Part shown: positions 25,067 to 34,126 of the stretch, piece by piece
How the letters are laid out: every line of letters begins with the position of its first letter
How positions within the stretch are numbered: position 1 is the first letter of the stretch
Origin: a virus
Lineage: Duplodnaviria > Caudoviricetes
Length of the DNA: 50,933 nucleotides
IMG/VR virus record: IMGVR_UViG_3300048573_000087
Coordinates: 1 to 50,933 of that record
Reading direction: 5' to 3' (one strand)
The notes under the pieces: generated by a model
The model's input: the letters and a program-made list of their open reading frames with translations, nothing else
Told to the model about the DNA's origin: nothing
Databases searched by the model: none
Position numbers and translations under genes: made by a program

Positions 25067-28000
25067 TACTTAGGTTCCTCTTTTAGTTGTCCACTTAACA
25101 GAAGGTTTGTATGCGGGCCATTGTACTTGAGCCAGTCCGGCATTGATTTGTCCACTAATTGATTCGAGTAGTTTTTATACCACTGTAGAATCTGCTTTGT
25201 CTTTTCATCTGACCCGCTGAATATCTGCTGATGCACAGATTCCATGATGTCTTTCCATGAGGATTCGTCAACCTGTGCGCGGTAGTAATCCATCATCACT
25301 TGCACATTCTCCGAAGTCTTGGGGTTATTAATTGCCCCACTCAGCCCTCCGAGGTAGTTGTAGTGAAGATCAACAATAGCCTTCACGTAGTCTTTCTTGA
25401 CCGCCTCAATGGCCTTGTTCGCCATGCGAAGATCGCCGACAAACTTAGCCTCTGACGGGCGGAAACCCAAAGCCTGCCCTATGATAGTTCCAGCACTAAA
25501 CCCGGATGTACCCGTGTCTACAACAACTCGGCCTTGATTATCAATTATCATATGAGTAGTAGACATCGTATGTGCTTTAGTAAGGTTGTTCCACGTAGAG
25601 GCTGTCTTGGCTAGCTCACTGGCCACATAAGCAAACTCTTTATCGGTCCACTGTACCTTCTCTGCATTGGCCACAAGTGGCTTAAGTTTAGCAATTCCTT
25701 GAAACAGATGGGAGCTAACCTGACCAAAGGCGCCGAACATATTTCCTAGAGACTTACCTTCCGTCACAACGCTAACCATATTCTCAACCAAGCCATCTGT
25801 AATGGAGCCGCGACCACCCAACTCTATGTTGGCTCCTAGTCCCATATAGGCAGTAAGGTCCCATACGCCTCCGTTAACGTACTTAATAGTCTCCGGGCTC
25901 AACTGCTCAGGTGTTACTCCTGCCTGCTGTGCCGCATAGTTCATAGCATATTTTCCAAGAGGAACACCGGCTGCGCCATATAACGCAAACTGCATCATCA
26001 TAAACTTCCGGCGTTGCGCGGCTGAGAACTTATGGTTTCCGCCGAACATCGTCGGCAGCATAGATTCTACCCACTTAGCCTGAATCTGCATGAACTGTGT
26101 TGGCAGGGAGAACATACCCTTCTGCCAAGCAGCACGATTGGCTCGTGTCATATTCATGGATATGTGCATGGTATAGTCAAGGATATCCTTGAGTTCCTTA
26201 TCACCAATATCCATTACTGTTTTTCCAGCATTCTCTCCTAACCATTTTTCTGTAGCTGCTGAGAACGAATAGGCACGGTTGAACAGTTCCCCGCGACGAT
26301 AGAACAGCAACCCCCTATCCGCAGCATCCTTAATGGCCTTTAGGCCGATGCCATAGGACTGTGCCGCTGCTGAGTGGTCCGCCGTGGCCCGGATAGAATC
26401 CCGTAATCCTGCCTTAAGAAACAACTCGTGCATCTTAGCGAATTCCTCCCCCTTGAGGCCCATAGCCTTGCCTACAGAACGAATGTAGGTAGGGTTATCC
26501 GAGTACATCACGGCAGTCATTCCGAGTCCCTTCCGAAGGTCACGGGCGGCTGTAGCTGGATGTAGAGAGAAGGCCAGAGAGGCGCCCTGCGCTTGGACGA
26601 ACAACTGTGCTGGATTAAACCAGCCCAACAGGGCATGGAACGCCGCAGCACGTCCCGCAGCAAAGGGGTCCTTCTGCGCGATATTCATAACAAAGTTACG
26701 GGCAAACTTAGGGGTCTTAGCGGAAGCTATTTCCTCCCCGAATACCGTAATAGGCTTCTCGGCCCACTCTGCGAGGGAGCGCATGTGCTGTGACAACCAC
26801 ACTTCCTCATTGGTGGGAATGCGGGCTTGGTCCTTAATCCAGTTGGCGTATGCTTCCAAGGACGCACGTTCGGGCGAACCAGAGCGTAGCGTAACTGACT
26901 CGGTAGCCTCACGGAAACTGACGATATCGGGGCGAATCGCGTTCATCTTACGCGCTGTATTCATCCACCGCTGCTGCTCAGCCATGCGCCACTCATTGCG
27001 TGGGTAGTAGTTTGATACATGCTGGATGTATCGCTGAATAGACTCAAAGGCGCTAAACTGCTTTGGCACTTCGCCGCTTATCCCAAATAGAATGTCGTGC
27101 GTAGCACGCGGGCTGGTGAATAACCCACCATGCATTCCATAGGATTCCCGGGATAATTGATCAGCGGACATCTCACGATCACTTAACACATGCAGGCTAT
27201 TAGGGTCCGTGGCGAGGTTACCCCGCAGACTCTCCTCCAGCATAGTACGAATTTCGTCCTCACTGTGACCAAGACTCTCCAACTCAAGACGCCACTTGGC
27301 TACCTCGAAGTCATCATTGGAGTTCAGGATGCGGCTAATAAGAGTTCGTATAGTTTTTTGCTTAGCCAAGAATTGATCGGCTTCTTTCTTGCTGTCAAAC
27401 ATACGCAATGTCTTTTGACCAAATATCTTATCCGGTGACCCATTAAGAGTGCCCCGCATATCTTCTTTTACAAAGTAAAAAGCATTCTTATACATCTTGG
27501 GGACATAGCCAACCTTGTAATTCAAAACCCTGTTAGGTAGTTCACTAATACGATTGGCTGCTATAAAGGCATAGTCATAGTGCTCCCCATTGAGAGACAT
27601 AGGCTTCTCAAGTTTAACCAGCTTGTAGCCCTGATCGTACAGGTTCTCAAAGTTAATCGCTGCACGATCTTCCGCGCCACCTAAACCATTATGTCCCACG
27701 GGATTGTACAGCTTCTCCACACCCTTTCCTTGCAGGTGAGTGCGAGCGCCAGCAGCCGTATCAATGGGCTTACCAATAGAATCTAGTCCTTCAACATCAA
27801 CCCGTTTAAGACCACGGAATGCCAGAGTTTTTCTTACTTGATCGTTCTTAATCATGTAGAGATAATCCAGCACCCGACGGACACCGTAGTATGCGGAAAT
27901 CTCGTTGTCCTCTAACTTCATCAGCCGCAGTTCGTCTATGGTATAGACCTTGCCACGAATGACCTCATTCGCTACATTTAGTTCAGTATGACCGTCCCCT

Positions 28001-29757
28001 TGAAGTAGAACCCGATCTACCTTCTTTAAACTAGCGCGAGCCTTTGGTGTAAGAAAGGATTTGCCAATAGGCTTTAGTGCATCAAAGATAGAACCAACGA
28101 GAGTGGTGCTGAGTTGCGCTCCTCCGAGTTCAGCCCGAGTTGCAGCATTGACGGCCTCGCTGGTTACTTCGCGACCCTCAAGTTTAGCCATCCACAAAGA
28201 TGGTGTGGCAACATGCGCCTGTACAGGCCCCACGGAGGGCTTACCCCCCATCGTACCTACATCATCGGTGGTGAATGTGTACTTGTCATTACTCTTAATT
28301 AAAAAACGGCCCGGGGTAGTCTCAACGATCTCACCCTTCTGGATAACACCGTTCTCGGTTAAGTCCCTCAACACCGCCTCAGCCGCAGTGCGAGTACGCA
28401 ATGGATTACCAGTTTTCTTGGCTCCGAAGGTAATCTCCGCCTCCATGTTTAATTCATTTACTCCCTTGAGTGTTAGCCCGTTAAAGCCTGAGCCCGGCTC
28501 ATCTGCAAAGGTACGCCACTTACCTAGGTACTTTTCTTTAGCCGCTTCTATCTCAGCCGCTCGCAGAGGGTCAGCCAGCAATGGATTACTACTACGCATG
28601 AAGTCAGCAAGGTCTTGCTCCCGCTTGCGTAGGTCCTGCATAGTTTCACCAGCAATCCCATCTGTGTAGGTAGCCGGGTCAAGTCCCGCAGCCTTAAAGG
28701 GCATGGCGTTAGTAGCAGCAACATCGCGAGGAACCCCAGTGATCTTAGCAGCAGAACCATTCACATCTTGTAGAACTGTGGAGTTCAACTTAGCCGCTTC
28801 CGTCACCTTTTTGGCATCGGCCATGTAGGTTATCGGATTTGTTGCCCGTTTGACGGCGCGAACCATACCAGCAATCATCTTAGGTGTGGCTATACCTGCT
28901 GCAACAAGGCCGGACTCAAACGCCGTACTCTTAACAACCAACTGATCGCTATAGGGCTGAGTAAACTTATCAAGCAACACAGCGGCTGCAACCGGATTGC
29001 CGCTGGAGGCATCCATCGCACGTTGCTTCAATTCTGGTAACAGCCGCTCTTTTTCACCGGCGGGTAGGGCGCTCCATGCCTCGAACCACTTACGAGACAG
29101 ATCAGCACGCACCATGCTATGCCCTGTAAGGTTAGATACATCATTGGCTTCGGTGGGCCACACAAGGCTCTGTAGAAGGATACCTCCGTAGTTCTTAACC
29201 TTACTCCACAAATCGGGCTGGCTCTGCAATAGGTCATGCGCCATCTCACCGATCTTCTGTTGCACAACCATGTTATTGTGTGTTTCCTCATCCAAATTGG
29301 GTGCAACGCTATCAATGACGGCCTCGTGATAGCCGCCGATATCGGCGCGAGCATCTTGAATCTCGCGTAGTATACCCCCCATCCCAACAATCATTTCTTT
29401 GGCTTTATCTGGCGCGAGATTATTGATGTAGCCGGCCATGAGGGATTTCATTCCCTCTGTATCATCATTAGCCCTAGCATCAAGCACCATTTTTTTAAGA
29501 CCAATATACCCGGTGTCCGTCTCGGCCATACCACGATACCGAGTAAATTTGTCCGCGATCTCTGGCACCGAGAAATCGCCTGCGCTTTGCTTAGACATAA
29601 CTAAAGCCGCCTGTAGTGTGCGGAAATTAGTCATGTGTTCGTCATTGGCTGGTGCTGAGTTAAGCGGAGTCGTGACTATATCTAGGAAATCGGGGGACTC
29701 CTGCTCTCCTTCACTATTTCCGATCAGTACATCAGGTAACGACTGGTCTTGTTCCAT
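25066..29757 (-). CDS. large internal virion (ejection) protein
   Basis: 1563 aa, Cys-free; position typical of podovirus core proteins. Confidence 0.7.
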   Translation of the reverse strand: MEQDQSLPDVLIGNSEGEQESPDFLDIVTTPLNSAPANDEHMTNFRTLQAALVMSKQSAGDFSVPEIADKFTRYRGMAETDTGYIGLKKMVLDARANDDTEGMKSLMAGYINNLAPDKAKEMIVGMGGILREIQDARADIGGYHEAVIDSVAPNLDEETHNNMVVQQKIGEMAHDLLQSQPDLWSKVKNYGGILLQSLVWPTEANDVSNLTGHSMVRADLSRKWFEAWSALPAGEKERLLPELKQRAMDASSGNPVAAAVLLDKFTQPYSDQLVVKSTAFESGLVAAGIATPKMIAGMVRAVKRATNPITYMADAKKVTEAAKLNSTVLQDVNGSAAKITGVPRDVAATNAMPFKAAGLDPATYTDGIAGETMQDLRKREQDLADFMRSSNPLLADPLRAAEIEAAKEKYLGKWRTFADEPGSGFNGLTLKGVNELNMEAEITFGAKKTGNPLRTRTAAEAVLRDLTENGVIQKGEIVETTPGRFLIKSNDKYTFTTDDVGTMGGKPSVGPVQAHVATPSLWMAKLEGREVTSEAVNAATRAELGGAQLSTTLVGSIFDALKPIGKSFLTPKARASLKKVDRVLLQGDGHTELNVANEVIRGKVYTIDELRLMKLEDNEISAYYGVRRVLDYLYMIKNDQVRKTLAFRGLKRVDVEGLDSIGKPIDTAAGARTHLQGKGVEKLYNPVGHNGLGGAEDRAAINFENLYDQGYKLVKLEKPMSLNGEHYDYAFIAANRISELPNRVLNYKVGYVPKMYKNAFYFVKEDMRGTLNGSPDKIFGQKTLRMFDSKKEADQFLAKQKTIRTLISRILNSNDDFEVAKWRLELESLGHSEDEIRTMLEESLRGNLATDPNSLHVLSDREMSADQLSRESYGMHGGLFTSPRATHDILFGISGEVPKQFSAFESIQRYIQHVSNYYPRNEWRMAEQQRWMNTARKMNAIRPDIVSFREATESVTLRSGSPERASLEAYANWIKDQARIPTNEEVWLSQHMRSLAEWAEKPITVFGEEIASAKTPKFARNFVMNIAQKDPFAAGRAAAFHALLGWFNPAQLFVQAQGASLAFSLHPATAARDLRKGLGMTAVMYSDNPTYIRSVGKAMGLKGEEFAKMHELFLKAGLRDSIRATADHSAAAQSYGIGLKAIKDAADRGLLFYRRGELFNRAYSFSAATEKWLGENAGKTVMDIGDKELKDILDYTMHISMNMTRANRAAWQKGMFSLPTQFMQIQAKWVESMLPTMFGGNHKFSAAQRRKFMMMQFALYGAAGVPLGKYAMNYAAQQAGVTPEQLSPETIKYVNGGVWDLTAYMGLGANIELGGRGSITDGLVENMVSVVTEGKSLGNMFGAFGQVSSHLFQGIAKLKPLVANAEKVQWTDKEFAYVASELAKTASTWNNLTKAHTMSTTHMIIDNQGRVVVDTGTSGFSAGTIIGQALGFRPSEAKFVGDLRMANKAIEAVKKDYVKAIVDLHYNYLGGLSGAINNPKTSENVQVMMDYYRAQVDESSWKDIMESVHQQIFSGSDEKTKQILQWYKNYSNQLVDKSMPDWLKYNGPHTNLLLSGQLKEEPK

Positions 29758-30188
29758 TAACCCCTCTTAGGAGTTGCTGCTGCGAAGATTGTGGACGAAA
29801 GAGCACCAATGGCCTGCCACTTATTGCCCTCTTGCTGGTAACCAACTACCTCAGACTGTTTATCGAGTACATAGCCCTGCCACGCGCCCATGCCTTGTAA
29901 GAAGTTATCATTACGGGCTTCCGAGGATTTTACCGAACTAACAGAACCAGCCACCGCCGACGAACTAGGAGCAACGCCAGCCGCCTCACCAGAGGTAAGC
30001 ACAGCGGCGCGTGCTGCTCTAGCCTGTCTGCGGGCATCTAGCCGCGCCTTACGAAGCTCAAGGTCCTGCATGGCCTTCTGGCCCTCGATTCCCTCCTTTT
30101 GCGCCTGCGCCCCTTTCTTTTGGGTGCCGTATACTTTATAGGAGGAATAGAGCGTTGTTGCTCCGGCTAACCCTGAGGTTATGGCCAT
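29757..30188 (-). CDS. small internal virion protein (T7 gp14-like position)
   Basis: Ala/Gly/Gln/Ser-rich, 143 aa. Confidence 0.65.
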   Translation of the reverse strand: MAITSGLAGATTLYSSYKVYGTQKKGAQAQKEGIEGQKAMQDLELRKARLDARRQARAARAAVLTSGEAAGVAPSSSAVAGSVSSVKSSEARNDNFLQGMGAWQGYVLDKQSEVVGYQQEGNKWQAIGALSSTIFAAATPKRG

Positions 30189-30189
30189 G

Positions 30190-30645
30190 TTAGTCTACCA
30201 CCTTTGAATAAATGTGTTCGTGAAGGTCATATCCTCTGGAAATAAGCATCCGGGAGAAATCGTGTTCGGGCTTCATGTGCATGAAGAACCAGTTTACTCC
30301 TCGTAGTTCTTTTAACCGATCTTCCGAAAATTTCAATAACCTCATTCCAGCCAGCTTTCCACGGTACTCTGGCGATATGTAGAAGATGTCGTTAAGGGCG
30401 CACAGCATTCCACTATAATGTGGGTGTGGATTAATAAAGTAACAATTATACCCAACAAGAGTGCCGTCGTCTGCTCTGGCCGTAAAGATGTACAGCATTT
30501 CCGCCTGCTCAGCTTTATAGTAGAAATCCCAGTTAGGGTCGTATTTTACTTTGTCCTGATGCTTGGCAAGTTCTTTATAGTGCTTCTCAAATAACGGCAT
30601 GGCCTCAATAATAACAGTTGCTATTGTTTCTTGTTGATATCTCAT
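30190..30645 (-). CDS. GNAT-fold protein (T7 gp13-like position)
   Basis: LVGY, DIFYISPEYRG; start MRYQQ by ATGA overlap. Confidence 0.75.
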   Translation of the reverse strand: MRYQQETIATVIIEAMPLFEKHYKELAKHQDKVKYDPNWDFYYKAEQAEMLYIFTARADDGTLVGYNCYFINPHPHYSGMLCALNDIFYISPEYRGKLAGMRLLKFSEDRLKELRGVNWFFMHMKPEHDFSRMLISRGYDLHEHIYSKVVD

Positions 30646-30983
30646 ACTTCGGTTCCTCCCTCTATTGGGAAGGACCACCCATACATATGTAAATCTTTTC
30701 CCGGCTCACTTCTAAAACGGAACTGTACGGCCTTACCAGAACCTCGCACCTTGTTCTTAGTTACAACTATATCATATCCCGGATCAAACGTCTCTGGAAG
30801 CACATCCGGGGCCACCATTATCCGAAAGTGTCTATACGCCTGAAACTCAGGTGTGTACTTCCCTCCGGAGGCGGAATTGGCGAAATCCCACCTAGCTTGC
30901 ACCATGCACGAACTTGCTGGAGCAAGTATTGCTGACACGCACTCGGCGGCAGGGGCAAGAAGTGTTGTTACACTAAAAGACAT
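30642..30983 (-). CDS. C-terminal fragment of tail tubular protein B (nozzle)
   Basis: SSCMVQARWDFANS, QAYR, VVTKNKVRGSGKAVQFRFRSEPGKDLHMYGW resemble, from recall, the C-terminus of this family's nozzle. Confidence 0.75.
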   Translation of the reverse strand: MSFSVTTLLAPAAECVSAILAPASSCMVQARWDFANSASGGKYTPEFQAYRHFRIMVAPDVLPETFDPGYDIVVTKNKVRGSGKAVQFRFRSEPGKDLHMYGWSFPIEGGTEV

Positions 30984-32426
30984 TTAGCCAACCTCCGTGC
31001 CGTTAACATAGACTGACGCAGTTATTGTTGTGTTATACTGCGTCGATGATGTAACTTTAACTACAATAGTATCGCCATCTACACAGGTTCCGGGATCACT
31101 GGTATACGCCCCGCCGTTTTTTGAATACTCGCCGCCGGTAATAGTTAGTGTGGCGGGAACTGTTCCTATACCACTTATCGTAATTAAATTTGATGTAACT
31201 ACAATGTTTAGTGCTACATTCGCTACATCGGAGAATGGAACCGATGCCACAGGCAGTATTGGTAGCGCGGTTATCGTCACTGTATCGGCTGAACTTAGTA
31301 GTACCCCATCGAACACAGTTAATGAAAACACTAGAACTGTGGGCACAGATACCGTCGGAGTTATAAATGTTGGCTGCTGCACTGTTGCGCTTGAGAGAGA
31401 AACCACTGGTCCCTGCGTTTGAGTCCACTGATAGGTTAGTGGTTGACTCTCCGGGTCCGAACTTCCGGCGCCCGTTAATTGCGTAGTTTCTCCAGAATAT
31501 CTAGTCTGATCCGCGCCTGCATTAGCTATCGGGGGAAGATTGCTCGGAACATCTAAGACTGTTATATAAACTGTATCCGCGTGGGTTGCCGCATTATTGT
31601 CGGTAACTGTTAAACGAAATTGAAGGGAAGAAGGAAAAGCAACTGCCGGGGCGGTAAAGGTTGGCTGTGAGGCCGTAGTACTAGACAGTGTTACAGAAAT
31701 TCCGGCGATTTGTTCCCATAAATATGCACTTATAGTTCCATCAGGATCGGTACTACCTGTACCATCCAATGTAACTACATCTCCTTCATCTACATTTTGA
31801 TCGGGGCCAGCATCAGCGATTGGCGGTACGTTAGTGGCAGGAACACCAATAACCAGAGTTAATGTTGGCGGCGAGGATTCTGTGTAAGCATCAATTTGCG
31901 ACCAAGTAGTAGGCCCAGTCTCGGTATCCATCTTGATAGCGAGAGCGAATAGTTTTGTTCCGGTATTTATACAGGCATTGATGTCGGTTAAAACACCACC
32001 GGCTGTCAGGGCAATAGACTTTACGCCGGTAGTTCTGAAATCCGTTAAAGCGGCTTTATATACATTTCCCGTTGCGGCTCTGGATAACAGATTTGCCGCC
32101 GTATCAGATCGAGGGTCGAACTCATCTCCTGTAGTCCCATAGCCTAAAATAGACCATGCCGAGGAACCAGCCCCGGACGTGGAACTGATATTACAACCGA
32201 AAGTCGCTGTCAAAACTTCTTCACTGGCACCGAAGACAATGCTATTCAAATCGAATAAAGCCACTACTCGGTAAACCACGGAAGACTGAGGTCCGGCAGA
32301 ATGTCCGGGCCAAGTACCTATGGTTGTTCCATCTGTATCCGCCGACCAACTAGCATTAGGTAGGGGCGATCCCTGAGGATTCGGTGCTCCTAAGTCTCCA
32401 ACTAATGCACCGGGCATAAGCGCCAT
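30984..32426 (-). CDS. Ig-like/PKD (K319L-like) repeat virion protein
   Basis: Two PIA(D/N)AG.DQ...L.G.GS.DP......Y.W.Q repeats, a C-terminal Ig-like domain and an N-terminal beta-sandwich. Confidence 0.8.
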   Translation of the reverse strand: MALMPGALVGDLGAPNPQGSPLPNASWSADTDGTTIGTWPGHSAGPQSSVVYRVVALFDLNSIVFGASEEVLTATFGCNISSTSGAGSSAWSILGYGTTGDEFDPRSDTAANLLSRAATGNVYKAALTDFRTTGVKSIALTAGGVLTDINACINTGTKLFALAIKMDTETGPTTWSQIDAYTESSPPTLTLVIGVPATNVPPIADAGPDQNVDEGDVVTLDGTGSTDPDGTISAYLWEQIAGISVTLSSTTASQPTFTAPAVAFPSSLQFRLTVTDNNAATHADTVYITVLDVPSNLPPIANAGADQTRYSGETTQLTGAGSSDPESQPLTYQWTQTQGPVVSLSSATVQQPTFITPTVSVPTVLVFSLTVFDGVLLSSADTVTITALPILPVASVPFSDVANVALNIVVTSNLITISGIGTVPATLTITGGEYSKNGGAYTSDPGTCVDGDTIVVKVTSSTQYNTTITASVYVNGTEVG

Positions 32427-34123
32427 TAGCGGGATACTCCTGAAAGATCGACATCGAACGGAGCCACCGGGGGCTTGGTGTCGTCTATACCAATAGACGT
32501 TCTACTACCTATGGCATTACTTTCTGCGCCTGAAGGACAATAATTATATTCAGGTAAGGGACTGGCATTATATGGTTTTGCGTAGGGAATATATGTAAGT
32601 TCACCGCCTGATACAGTTCTTAATTTCTTACGGAAAGAATAAGGGCCGCGAATGGCTTTTAATACACAAGACCCATCGGTAACGTCATCCCCTAGTATTA
32701 CCGGATAAGTCGGCAGAGAACCAGCAGTAGTTCCCTGAGTCGTGACTATATATAGAAAGTCTCCTGCGGTTCCGTCAGCAGGAGGTGTTGCGATAGTTCT
32801 TATAATTGTTCCTACAGCGTAAAGAGTCGAGTTAGCTCTGGTAGTAATTGTTTTATCTATTTTATTCGTTTCACCACCGTTAGTGGAGTTGTAATAGACG
32901 TTATAATCAATCTGTGTTGCAGTTCCTGAGCCCCAAGCCTCTATCGTACCTGAGTCGATAGCGACATTTCCACGTATATCTTCTGTCTGGTTTTTACCAT
33001 AAGACAACCAACCAGCCGAATTACCGTTTGTTGTTTGTATCGCGGTATTTAAATACACATCCACGTTGGTTGAACTTTCCAGTGATATTGCTCTGGTCGT
33101 CCCTGTTGGGACACCTTGCATCTTATAAATAAGATTACCAAAAATAGACCAATGATCGGGGGAATAATTAGGAACTGAAATGGCAATCGACCCGTCAAAC
33201 AATATATTATCTTTTACAATGCCGTAATGATTGGACCCGCCTGAACTGGTATGGAAAATAATACATTCTCCATAAGAGCCCAAACCCCCAGAACTAGAAC
33301 TGGTAAATCTCCATCCCCAACAACGGTTGTGTATAACCCGTAAAGGACTAGCCGCCGACCCACCGCCTTTAATGTCTACCGCGTTTTCAGCCAAAGCCGT
33401 TGTCCCGCCGCCTGTCTGATAAGCGGAGGTTATATACATATCGTTATTTTCCACAACCCCGCCAGCGAAAGGATTATCTCCTGTGGTCTGGAAAATTACC
33501 GCGTCCCCTTGTACGTCATAAATCTCGTTATTGACGACATGGAAATTAACCGCACTACCAGTCCCGACTCCGGGTCTGTCGGCTAACCCATCCAGAGTTG
33601 TATGTCTCACTACGGAGTTTTGAAGCGTTACATCTGACCCACCGTGGTTATCCAAGAGAAACCCCGGCCCGTCCTCTAACAGACATCTGTTCAAAATATG
33701 GAAATTACCCGTTCCGTTATCCGCTCCGTAACCTAAACTGCCTCCAACAAGTCTTATCCTGTGAACGATCCAGTAATTTCCGGTAATCAGGATGTCCTCA
33801 AAAGACGCCTGATTAGCTCCAGACTGATTCCAAGGCTCGTCATTAATATCAGCGGCGTCATAATATCTGAGAACTTTTCTAGTCCCGGAAGAACCAGAGG
33901 CGGTTACATTTATAAGCCCTTTCCCGGTGTAATCGCCTTTAGCTACACAAAAGACAGTCCCCGCCCCGTTGAGCTTTGATTCAATTTGGGCCTCAGTATC
34001 AGACGTTGTGATATTTACATCACAGGCCGCTGTAGTCATGGTTGCTACGTCTATGTTGCAGCCGGGCGTTGTATTCCCTGCCCGCTTTTCGTATAAAGCC
34101 GTATAACCGTTTGCATCAGCCAT
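32426..34123 (-). CDS. right-handed beta-helix (pectin lyase-like) virion protein
   Basis: VAKGDY, VVNNEIYD, VENNDMY, ENAVDIKG, IHNR, DYNVY repeats. Confidence 0.8.
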   Translation of the reverse strand: MADANGYTALYEKRAGNTTPGCNIDVATMTTAACDVNITTSDTEAQIESKLNGAGTVFCVAKGDYTGKGLINVTASGSSGTRKVLRYYDAADINDEPWNQSGANQASFEDILITGNYWIVHRIRLVGGSLGYGADNGTGNFHILNRCLLEDGPGFLLDNHGGSDVTLQNSVVRHTTLDGLADRPGVGTGSAVNFHVVNNEIYDVQGDAVIFQTTGDNPFAGGVVENNDMYITSAYQTGGGTTALAENAVDIKGGGSAASPLRVIHNRCWGWRFTSSSSGGLGSYGECIIFHTSSGGSNHYGIVKDNILFDGSIAISVPNYSPDHWSIFGNLIYKMQGVPTGTTRAISLESSTNVDVYLNTAIQTTNGNSAGWLSYGKNQTEDIRGNVAIDSGTIEAWGSGTATQIDYNVYYNSTNGGETNKIDKTITTRANSTLYAVGTIIRTIATPPADGTAGDFLYIVTTQGTTAGSLPTYPVILGDDVTDGSCVLKAIRGPYSFRKKLRTVSGGELTYIPYAKPYNASPLPEYNYCPSGAESNAIGSRTSIGIDDTKPPVAPFDVDLSGVSR

Positions 34124-34126
34124 TTA

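Noticed and set aside
28061-28669. Long antisense ORFs (e.g. 28061-28669, 37367-37978, 16579-17148)
   Set aside because: Shadow ORFs opposite well-supported genes, with no RBS or recognisable motifs.
25066-29757. N4-like virion RNA polymerase
   Set aside because: Much shorter than N4 vRNAP, and I could not see single-subunit RNAP catalytic motifs; position fits an ejection protein.
30984-34126. Insert in the nozzle gene as a group I/II intron or intein
   Set aside because: The segment is fully protein-coding with adhesin-like domains; there is no room for a ribozyme core and no maturase, homing endonuclease or Hint motifs.
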